This document shows, one piece after another, positions 1 through 10,499 of a DNA stretch of 64,000 nucleotides. Under the pieces are notes generated by a model. It worked only from the letters and a program-made list of their open reading frames with translations, was not told the origin of the DNA and made no database searches. Location: assembly GCA_965655095.1 (NCBI GenBank), contig OZ296648.1:155992001-156056000 (forward strand), read 5' to 3'. Source of the stretch: Haplodiscus bocki (lineage: Eukaryota). Each line of letters starts with the position of its first letter. Position 1 is the stretch's first letter. Position numbers and translations under genes: made by a program.

Positions 1-800
1 AAAACAAAGCAACTTATGCTCCGGCAACTGATTCAACATTCTTCACTAATATTACTCTTCATCCAATTCCTCTGAGTGTAGTATTACTGCCAATAGCATC
101 AAAATTCTTCCGCCCGAAAAGCTTTCATTGAAACAGAAATTTCACACAACAGGGAAGCAAAAGATACTTGATTAAAAAATCAGGGATATTCCTATGAAGA
201 GCAGCCTGATAACTTTATCAAAACACCTTTCACTGCAAGGACAGCTGAAACGCGCGAGTCCGCAGAAGTCTCTTTCATTCGCAAAAAAAGCGTCGGATTT
301 CTTGTCATGTGATCAACACCTGATAAGTGGAGTTACATTGAAAATTTTGTTTTTCAGAAACCGACCTGATTATGCATTGATTTAGGATGATGAAACAAAA
401 GATTATAAAATCGAGATGAACCAAGACAACTAAATCGTTCGAAAAATGACAGTAAGTGACAACGTTTACTCAGCTAGAGACTACATTAACCAAAACCCTT
501 GCCCGTTTCCGTTATAATGAGATCATACCTAAAACGTTTCTCATTTCCGAAGGGGTGCAGAGTTAGAGTCACGAAGAGGTATTCACCAGACAGCCCATTC
601 GAAAGTTTGTAAGAGCTATGACAACAAGAGGCCTTTCTGGGAGCTAGGCACTTAGAACCTTTCCATGCCGAGAAATTCAATCTGAACAGCATTACAGTTT
701 ACCGTAAGGGTTATCCTGCTGTCGGAACTCCGCTCCAAAAAGATTGATCAAAAAATTCTATCAAACTTGCTCAAAGCTCTAGCCTTTCGAAAACATCGTC
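1..800 (+). pseudogene. Polinton/adintovirus major capsid protein relic, C-terminal part, frameshifted
   Basis: Manual translation across frameshifts: AFIETEISHNREAKDT*LKNQGYSYEEQP...DFLSCDQHLISGVTLKILFFRNRPDYALI...VRKMTVSDNVY...EPFHAEKFNLNSITVYRKGYPAVGTPL, matching Polinton MCP motifs as I recall them. Confidence 0.75.
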
Positions 801-825
801 AGGAGAAAACATCGTCAGGAGAAAA

Positions 826-1190
826 TGTAGGTACCTGGGACATGGGCGTATTCTCTGCAGAAACAATTCCTATCTCACTCAACGAGAACACTTTCATTAA
901 TGTGAACTCCGAAAATTCTTATGATGAACGGAAGCGTTGCCTCTTAATTTGTAACAAAGACGGAGTTTATCTATTCGGTGACCCATTGGTCTTACGCCTC
1001 GAAGCCTGAAAGAAAGTTAACAAGCGTCTGAACTATGCTAATTTCAGTTGTGAAGAGCTAATTCAAAAAACTCTTCAACCGCCTATATCGCATTTATGTG
1101 GACTTTAATGTTTTACTTTGATCATTGTTTTCAAGGGTTGCTACCATGTAATACCGCTAATGGATGATGAACGCTAATTAGGATTTGTAA
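826..1190 (+). pseudogene. Adenain-like (adenovirus-type) cysteine protease relic
   Basis: GVFSAETIP...FINVNSENS...LLICNKDGVYLFGDPLG...LQPPISHLCGL*CFYF resembles the GVF-D / IvN / HW / FDslG / Q..S..CG.yC pattern. The catalytic His position is decayed and there are stops. Confidence 0.75.
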
Positions 1191-4068
1191 AAGATTTATA
1201 TACTTTATTTTATCTTCGCTCACGTCATATTTAACAAGTTTTCAAAATCTTTTTTCAATACAGGTTGAATCAAAGTGGAAGGGAAGCATTTCATAGTTTA
1301 TAGTACCATAGCCAGAATAATAAATATCAACAATCATACAAAAAAGGCTGCATGTTGACCATCAAGTATCAGACAGTCTATTGTGAAAAAGTGGAGATAA
1401 GTCGCTGGTTTGCGCTGATCATTCATTTCAGTGGTTTGAATGGCTGATTCTTCATTTGGTTTGCGTAGTCTTTTCGTGTTTTTGAAAAAAAGGGTCCTGT
1501 CGTCCAGATTCCTGTTACATGTCACTGCTCGATTAGGTTTTTTAAATGTTTCACCGATCAACTAGTAGTAGGTATCAGACGAGAAAGTTGAGTATAAACA
1601 GGGCACAGCGTACCCCTTTTCTCGCTTTTGAAATTTGTATCTTGATTCCAGAACATGATAATGTTTTTCCTTAATGTCTTAGTATTCGCTTTCTTCAGAG
1701 GGCAACCCAGAAGCATAAAAGATGTCTTTTTCAAAATCTTTTCCCGCAAGCGGTTCTCCAAAACAAAGACGATACCGAAAGTTTTCAAAAAACTTCATGA
1801 AAAAAATTGGGCGATTGTTCGTCCATAGCCCCAACAACTGAAAAGGTCACAATTGGTAACATTCAAGGAACAAACTTACGGCTTCAAAAAGAAAATGCTC
1901 TTGGCATGGAAGATCGAATTGAAGGAAGATGTATGTTCACGGGTAAAAACGCTCAAAGGAAAAATTATATAGCTCCTGCGGGATATACACAATCTGGGAA
2001 CTTTAGAGAATTGTTTGTTAGATGGTATCTCTCGCTTAATAGTTGGCATCACATACTCCTCCTAGGGTCCTGGTTGAATTCTAAAAATCTCTCCATTGTT
2101 GGTCGAGTGATGAAACTCAGAAGCAGTGAGAGTAAGTTGTTGATCCAGATAATAGTCATCATGAAATTTGTTGAAAAGTTCCAGAAACAAGTAGGTCCCC
2201 GTGTTGCGATAAACTTTAGATAAAAATGGTAATAGATGCCTCTCAATTCTCTAAACAACGATGTAGCTATCCCCGAAATCTTTTGTCAGTAGTGGCAGAG
2301 AATTGACGATACATTCTTTCGAGCAGTTAGGCAAACTGGAGCAGAAAACTGTATCCCAGGGAAAGTAAGAAATTGAATGGTACAAGCTGTTGAAATAAAG
2401 CTAGACAAAGAATGCTTGAAGTAAGCAACTGAAACTTTTATGCTAGAAAGAAACTGTTAACTTTGTTTACAAGCAATTATATTAATTGGCAAACAAAGAG
2501 AAAAAAATTGGGTCGAAATACTGTGAAAAAAGGAACGTGCAGGGACCTGTTTCACTACCTGTAGACAAACTCCATCTGTAGCCTACAGAAAATCATTGAT
2601 TGAAAAATTGAGAAGATCACGATCATTATTCGTTTAACGGCTGGTAAACATGTTTGTACCCAGTTAAAGCTGGCGATCTGCACAAAACATGTAAACAAAC
2701 TGTCTGAAGTCCAGACAAAACACGTAACGTAAACAAAAACCATTTTTGGTTGTCACCATTCAAAAAATCTTTTTACAATAAGTAGTTAGGATAAGTAGTT
2801 ATCCTTTTACGATAACAGTCAAAGTGGCAACTGGGTCCCCTGATTAAAAGTTGTTTTCATAGTGATTCCAAAATTTCGATACTACACGTAATCTAACCTG
2901 AGATAATCAAGACTGTAAACACTCATTAATCAAAGAATGACAATAGAGACTCAAACCTTCACCAGCTATTATTGTTCCTATCATTAAACTTCTTACGAAA
3001 CTTGGTTGAATAAACCGGCGGCTGGTCAGAGATGAGAAGTCAGATGACGAGTGGAGCATCAAAAAATCAGTATCCAAGACATATTTGGTCTGTTGAAGAG
3101 CAAGAGCGTCCCACCTAACATTGTCAGGAGTTTGGAAACTGTGGGCCTTGCAGAGGAAAAAATTCATATAAGTATAAATGTTGACCGTTTCGAATTACCT
3201 CTTAGTGTCCGAGAAGTCTTATTCCGTTTCTATTTTGATGACACAACCCTATCCGAGAACCAGTTGGGTTATCAGTCGGACTGAGAAACCTTAGAGTGGT
3301 ATTGTCAGACAATTAACAATCCGCAGTCTCCGTGTCTGAAAGAAGTAACATCGCCATCTTCATTTTAATCTCCCCCTTATCAAGATAGCAATGAGGAAAG
3401 AACAGAATTTATTCAGCTGGAAGCTCTTCTGAAGTCGAGCCCTTCCTTCTCTCCTGAATATCCTTCCTGAAATTGGAATACCGTCCCACACTTTCACCAC
3501 AAGTAGAGACACAAGATCTTTCCAAACTTTGAACTATTTTTTATTTGATAAAAACATTCATGACTATCTTCTACATTTTCCGATAATCAACAATAAGCTA
3601 TTTTGTATTAGTTTTTTAAATTCTTCAGCATGATTATTTGCAATTTGAGGATTGATATTGCAGAAGCGGTTAGTCTAAGTCCTCCGCTAAAACAGAAGAA
3701 ATGCAAGCACTCGGGCATAATTTACAGTAAGCGGGAGGCAGTTAAATCAGAATAAACAAACTTCAAAGAAATCGCGCGTATGAATCTAGTCATAGTTGAG
3801 TTGAAAAGGCACAAGTGGTCATCAGATAACAAAAGCCATCAGCAAAAGTTTATATTTGAACAAACAAAGAACGAGAGGTGCTTGTTTTTACATCAAGATG
3901 AAGGACACTATCATAAACATTCAGAACTGCTTCAAAAGTTACGCATCCGATGAGATGACCTACTTTTACCCTGCAGCGTTAGTCAACAAAACAGACGATC
4001 GTAAACAAAAGGGGAAACCTTACTTTCAAGTTTTCAAATTCAGTTTAATAAACTCAGCAACGGAAAAA

Positions 4069-6887
4069 ATGATAAACTGTGATATTTGCAGCAAAACTTT
4101 TGCTAAGAAGTGAAACATGTATCGGCATCTCCGCAATATTAATAACACTGACACGTCGAAGTCAGAGCAGTGAAACTGCATCGAATATCCTTTCAAAAGT
4201 TCCTCTATGGCAGTAATGACGAAACAAGAGGCCATCTCCAGTTCCAAAATTACCAGGCGACATGGTTCGCAACTTATGTATTGCATTTTGATTTTGAGTC
4301 GCCCATTAAACTGGTAGCGACATGCTCCAACGCTTCTGATAGAAGCTCAAACGAGATTATAGAACAACATGAACCTTGAGGCTATTGCCTGGTTGTTATC
4401 GAGCACAGCAATGCAGAACCAGCCTTTTTCAAATTGGAAAGATCTTCTAATTGTATGCAAAGTCTCGTCAAAAACTTACAAAAACTTGCAAAACATCGTA
4501 ACTACACAGGATCAACTCAGTTTCCATCCGATCAGTGCTGGATTTGTGAACGAGATTTAGATGAAAACGATGTAATTTTATATCAGTCATACCAGCGGAA
4601 AGTTCCTAGGTTTCGCACACAGTAAATGCAACTTTGAACGACGCACAGTACATTCCGATATTTGCTCATTTTCGAATTTTGATTTATTTTTTGCTAAAAT
4701 CTACACCTTTTCCAGAATGGAGCAAAACTCGAGTCAATCCTGTAACCGACGAAAAACATACCGATTTCGATTGGCATGACAGTTGCGTCTTACACCGACC
4801 GCCGAGGGGTTGAAAAAAATTTAACTTTTTTTTAGTCTTACGTTTTGTCGACTCTTATAGATTTATGGCTTCATCACTAGACAAACTTGTGAGTTATTTA
4901 CCTGCAGATTATTTCAGTTTATTGCATAATCACTTTCCTCAACATTGTTCCGACGATTTGCAACTACTCCATCAAAATGGTCTTTACCCCACCTCTTATT
5001 TCGATTCCCTTGAGAAACTTCAATAAAAAGCCATGCCCAGTGTAGAGAAAGGGACAAACTCTCCAATATGGTCAGGTGTCAATGACTACAGAGAAATTTC
5101 AACATGCAACAAAAGTTCCGAAAGTTTGGGTGCAAAAACCTCGGTAGTTACCACGACCTTTACCTAACAACGGACACTGTGCTACTTGCAAGTGCGGTTG
5201 AGCAGTTTCGATAAGTTACTTACACTACTTACGGATTGGTTAGTGCTCACCAAAACACGTGTTCTCATTTTTCTGGCGATGGTTTCCTAAAAGTTACTAA
5301 AGCAAGAGTTGAATTGCTCACAGACCGTAGTCATTTGGAGATGGCTAAGAACTTGATCCTAGGGGGTCTCTTCAATGGTTTCAAAGCGTTTGGCAGGATG
5401 GACTTCAAGAAACAAAAGCCAGATCATACAGTCTCCTCATTGAAGCAAACAACCTTTATGGTGGAATTATGCAGAAAATTCCACTTCCTTTGAGAGATTT
5501 TGAGATTGTTGAACTTGTTGAGCTGAATTCTCAAAACCGCAAACGACCCCGAAATTGTTTTCGGATTAGAAGTCGATTTCCGATGCCCTCCATAACTTGC
5601 ACAAGGGCTTTTCCAATGGCTCCAACCAAGCAGAAAATTGATCGCAAGATGTTATCCGAGTATCAGATGGGTCTATCGGACCCAATAGGCAATAGACGGG
5701 TTACCAATCCAAAGCATGTTCAGACTTTATTCGCCAAGAATAAATACACGGTTCATTACATTACTCTAAAACCCCACGTGAATCTTGGTCTCAACGTTAC
5801 CAAAGTACATCAATTCCTTCAGCTCAAAAAAAGTGGCAGTACCCGTATATCAGCCTGAACACCAGAATGCGAACCCAGTCAAGGAACAAGTTCGAAGAGT
5901 CATTTTATAGGCCGATGAACATTTCTCGTTAAAGAAAAACTCGAAAGTAAACGAAACAGAGTCAACGTGAAACTAGTTAAAACAAGAGAAGCTGTCCTTG
6001 AAAACTCTGTGAAAGGTTTGATGAAATCAATCAACATCTTCGACGAAAACCTGGTAATAATTACGAGTCGAATGGGACAAATTTACTAGGATACGCTAAC
6101 ACTAATGGGCGCTTGCATACTCGATCACGCCAAGTTCCATATGTACGAATTCCATTACAAGGGAAGCATAACATGTCAAAATCAGTACATCTATCCCAAA
6201 AACTGAAACAAAGGAACTGGTGTAATTTGCACCTATATAGTTTGAATCAAATATCATTAGGTATCCAAGCGAAATGATCTAGAGGCCATGACAAAAACGA
6301 TCGGAAGCCGACGGTAGGGTTTTCAAAACAACCTCATTCGAATAAAAAAAAATGTTTTATTCCCAGGTAATCAAGAATACGTTTCGTTACTCGCTATTGT
6401 ATTCAGGCACTGACTTGCAATTAGAAGAGATCAGAGGAGAGGATTTTCATGAAGAAAAAGCAAGCAACCCAAACAACCTCATGCTAGAGAACCATTTCGA
6501 CTGTTCCAATTACCCAACTGGCAGCCCTCTTCATTGTGACAAAAACAAGATGATCTCACTCAAATTCAAAGATGGGATGGCAAGGAAAATCATCCGCGAA
6601 ATCCTTGGTCTCAAAGCCAAGATGAACTCAATAAACTATGAGAACCAGAGAAAATGTTAGAAGGCATATTTTGATTCGCTCAAACTTCACCGAAACATGC
6701 TATCTACAGTCGTGTTCTAGTCAGTGGTAACCACATGAGGTCAAACAACATAAGTTTTGGTTCTTCAAAACATCTCCAAACCATTCGAAACCAAAAATCA
6801 TTGAAGGCCTTTGACGACAAACGTTTCAAACCAAACGATGGCATACATTGTCTTCCTTTCGGCCACTTCGAAATAAGAGACTGGTAA
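4069..6887 (+). pseudogene. polB: Protein-primed family B DNA polymerase (Polinton pPolB), many frameshifts, interrupted by a 205-nt insert
   Basis: Ordered motifs: N-terminal CxxC (CDICSKTF), YVLHFDFES, CWICERDL...FAHSKCN, RFVDSYRFMASSLDKLV, YHDLYLTTDTVLL, EANNLYGGIMQ (motif A), FYRPMN...ESKRNR (motif B, decayed), LLYSGTD (motif C, decayed YxDTDS), KFKDG...GLKAKM, AFDDKRF...LPFGH. An acidic tail may extend to 7371. Confidence 0.92.
6162..6366 (+). other. 205-nt intron-like / MITE-like insertion in polB
   Basis: Removing 6162-6366 restores MYEFHYK|VIKNTFRYSLLYSGTD in frame. Ends are AAG|GGAAGC and TTTTATTCCCAG|GTA, with imperfect TIRs. Confidence 0.75.
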
Positions 6888-7477
6888 CTGTACAGAGGAA
6901 TCCTAGGAGACGATGATTGAGGAGTTAAGAGCAAAAGGAAACGCCAGAAAGTAGTCCAACTTGGTCAACTCTAATCAGGATTTTCAGCTTCCCCTGCTAG
7001 CAACGTTTCATCGCTTTCAAACTATGATCCTGACCGTGAAGGGGTCATCCATGAAGTTGACACACAAATCTCAGATGAGATAAGCACCCCTCCTGACACT
7101 GGAGAGCATCAACAAGATTACTGGGCAATTGAACCGGGAGAGGTCATTTACTTCGAGGAAGAAACAACGGCATATTCGAGTGCTAGACAAAAAACGCTTC
7201 ACTGACGACGAAGCTGAAGTAGAATCCTTCCGAGACTTCGATTCAGCCTATGACGACCTAACAATCGACTATAGTTCCTTGAAGGACCTTTCGGCACCAA
7301 GGTTTCCCGCCCTTTTCGATGTTTCCCAACCTAAGAGAACAGTTGTAATAATTTCAAGTGGTACTGAGTAAAATTTGATCGTACAAAAGGATTTGGGTGG
7401 AACATTGTTCAACTGTTTTTAATCATACACGATGAAAAAAGTTTTGAAGTGTTTCTTTTCACGTAGATAACACCCAC

Positions 7478-7790
7478 ATCCCGGAAGTGAGCATAAAAAG
7501 CCTCAGCGAAAGACCGCAGGTAAAAGCCCTTGCGAGAATGGGCACGCAAAAAGACCATGCAAAAAAGCGCACGGAAAACCCCCCAGCGAAAGAGCGCACG
7601 GAAAAGCCCCTATGAAAAAGCGCACGGAAAAAGTCCGCATCCCGCAAAAGAGCGCACGGAAAAGACCCTCCCGCGAAAGAGCGCACGGAAAAAGCCTCCG
7701 CGAAAGAGCACACGGAAAAAGCCCCTACGATAGAGCGAACGGAAGAAGCCCCTGCGAAAGAGCGCGCTAAAAAGCCCCAGCAACACAGCA
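7478..7790 (+). repeat. 27-bp coding minisatellite (~11 units) encoding RKSARKKP(P/L), within a decayed basic ORF
   Basis: Units such as gcgaaagagcgcacggaaaaagcctcc / gcgaaagagcacacggaaaaagcccct / acgatagagcgaacggaagaagcccct; ORF 7530-7733 shows KSARK repeats. Confidence 0.9.
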
Positions 7791-8984
7791 GATGTGAACA
7801 GCCTGTGCGAAAAAATTTGTAGATTTCTGCACAGTGGACGTTCGTAAGAAGAAAGGATTCAAAATCTCCAGCCTCATACAACACCGTTCGAGACAGAGCC
7901 GGTAAAAGAGCACCGAGAAGGACAGAAGTAGCTGTTGTGCGGTTCCGGACACACCACAAGGGTGAGTTTTTCGGACATAGTCCTGCTGGAAAAAGACAGA
8001 TTCAAGAAAAAGACATAGTAGTTGATAAAAATGCATCAGTTCAACTATTTTCACCATTAATGATACATTTCCCTTTACCTGTTCCGAAATTTGGAAAATG
8101 AACTTTAGTTTCCTGAAATCATTTTCTGAATATAATCCCAATCCAAATCTGAATGTTTTATACTCAAGCTTGGAACAACATATGTAAAAAATCATTTTGC
8201 TTCAAGACTGAATACAGAGGAACACATGTTTCTTCAGAATCGTGAAGCATTCAATTTCTTAAATGCATGGATAAACGCTTGTATTAACTTCAAATCAGTA
8301 GAGGTGTTACAAATACCTTCTTTTCGAACTAGACAATCTTTGACACCCGCTGTTTTTAAGATCTTCCGAGCGCGAGGAGTAATCTGAGCTCCTGGGGAGG
8401 GACTATGGATTCCAGTTCGGGCGCTGGCTTGATATGTACCCTAATTCCGGTGTGAGATCCAATGACATAAAAAAAGCACATTGTGTATGTTCTGTAGATC
8501 CCAAGAACCGAGAACTTTATGGAATCTTTTCCGATAGGCCCTTCCAGTAGCTCCCATCACAGCAAGGGTTTCCGTTCTTTTAGTTTTCTCTCCATTAGCG
8601 ATATCTCCGGCTCCGTCGCCTACCATAACAGTTGCCCGCCTTCGAACTCTCTGTGCCCGCTGAAGTGTGGCTGACGCGTGGTGTTACGTTTAGGAGTACC
8701 TCTTCCATCTCAAGTTTGAAAACTAACTGTTATGTTCGCTGGAAAAACCGTGGAACCAAAAGTGTGGTTTGAAAAACCGGAAATTAATCCCTTCCTCGAA
8801 ACTTTTCGAAACTTTAGGATGGAAATTAACAATTTTTTTCGAATAATTTTAAAATAGGAACAAGGAAAGACTTATCAAAATAAGAAAACATATAACACTC
8901 AGGTGGTTAAAAAAAATTTGAAAGACACAAATTGGTTGTACAAAAACTTTGTGCAACATAGAAGTTTCAGAAGTTTTTTAAATG

Positions 8985-9482
8985 GAACCGCTCTCTTAGC
9001 GAAAAATTCAACAAGAATTTCGAAGCAGAAGACTGTTGACAGTTTTGGTTAGAAGGGTATATTTTATTTGGATCCACACTCTTAGCAGAAAATTCAACAA
9101 GAATCTTGAAGAACGAGACTGACTAATGTTGTCAGCTTTGGTTAGAAAGGTAAATTTTTTACTAGTAGTAGAAAAGTCTTTTGTTAAAAGTTAGGTTCGA
9201 TATTGCCTTTGTGTTTCCGCAACTTCAAAGAAGCGCAGTTCAACTTTGAATAGAGTGAGACTAGTAGAAGCGGGGATGAACGCTTCTCCTTCACCTAGGT
9301 CACAAAGTAAACAAACTTGAAATACCTTTAGTCTGTCCCAGGCTACATGTAAATTTTATTTACAAGCCAAGATTCACCCGCGAAATACCTGTTTTGGGTT
9401 TTGTTTCAAGGATTCACCCGCAAAAAAATTGATATAATCTTAGGATTGACCCGCGAAAAACCATGTGAATCCTTATACTACT
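8985..9482. repeat. Polinton right terminal region: ~85-bp direct repeat pair, three GATT(C/G)ACCCGC(G/A)AAA motifs, terminal ACTACT
   Basis: ctcttagc..aaattcaacaagaat...ttggttagaa at ~8993 and ~9078; gattcacccgcgaaa (9371), gattcacccgcaaaa (9411), gattgacccgcgaaa (~9444); ACTACT 9477-9482. Confidence 0.7.
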
Positions 9483-10134
9483 AGCTCATCACAGAAAATT
9501 GTGAAATGCTTAGTTGAGGCCGCTGTGGTAACGGGAAAGGCCTTCAAAGATGAGCATCTGTCAAACAATTCATAATTAGTTGAAATGGAAAAATAGAATT
9601 TTCTATCAGCTGAAATGCTAAAATATCAAATTTTCTGTTAATCTGTTTCTAGAGAACAAGCTTGAGCTAAACTGAGGCAATATCGTGTGGACTTGATACG
9701 TAAATTCATCTCCAATGAGGGCAAGTTTTGAGGGCACCCAGGAGCATCTTTTCCACTGTTCTGGTATGGAATGCATTAGCCAGAACCCCCAAAATTGAAA
9801 GCACTATTATTTATTCCGCAAAGCTGAATTCAGCAATATTTCTCCTCCAAAGCTTTCAACATCTTCAAAAGTATAGAACAAGCCAAATATGTGTTGTGCC
9901 CTTGTTTTGAATCACTACTTTCCACAAGAGCGAGAAAATTAGTAGTGCATCCCAATCCAATTGATCGCTTCTCTTCAGCAACAATTTTTGCATGTATTTC
10001 TGTCTGGTCATCTAGTTGTCTGGTCTGCTGTCGGAACTCCGCTCCAAAAAGATTGATCAAAAAATTCTATCAAACTTGCTCAAAGCTCTAGCCTTTCGAA
10101 AACATCGTCAGGAGAAAACATCGTCAGGAGAAAA

Positions 10135-10499
10135 TGTAGGTACCTGGGACATGGGCGTATTCTCTGCAGAAACAATTCCTATCTCACTCAACGAGAACAC
10201 TTTCATTAATGTGAACTCCGAAAATTCTTATGATGAACGGAAGCGTTGCCTCTTAATTTGTAACAAAGACGGAGTTTATCTATTCGGTGACCCATTGGTC
10301 TTACGCCTCGAAGCCTGAAAGAAAGTTAACAAGCGTCTGAACTATGCTAATTTCAGTTGTGAAGAGCTAATTCAAAAAACTCTTCAACCGCCTATATCGC
10401 ATTTATGTGGACTTTAATGTTTTACTTTGATCATTGTTTTCAAGGGTTGCTACCATGTAATACCGCTAATGGATGATGAACGCTAATTAGGATTTGTAA
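10135..10499 (+). pseudogene. Adenain-like protease relic, copy 2
   Basis: Duplicate of 826-1190. Confidence 0.75.

Larger units (their letters stand above)
1..9482 (+). mobile_element. Decayed Polinton/Maverick (adintovirus-like) element, right-hand part; left part lies outside the window
   Basis: Co-located relics of major capsid protein, adenain-like protease and protein-primed PolB. Ends in ...ccttatACTACT (9477-9482), the reverse complement of the AGTAGT Polinton terminus, preceded by subterminal repeats. Confidence 0.88.

Noticed and set aside
7459-7959. 166-aa minus-strand ORF with FSVRSFAG repeats (also 16768-17268)
   Set aside because: Antisense shadow of the 27-bp repeat; neighbouring PolB orientation and the basic product favour the plus strand.
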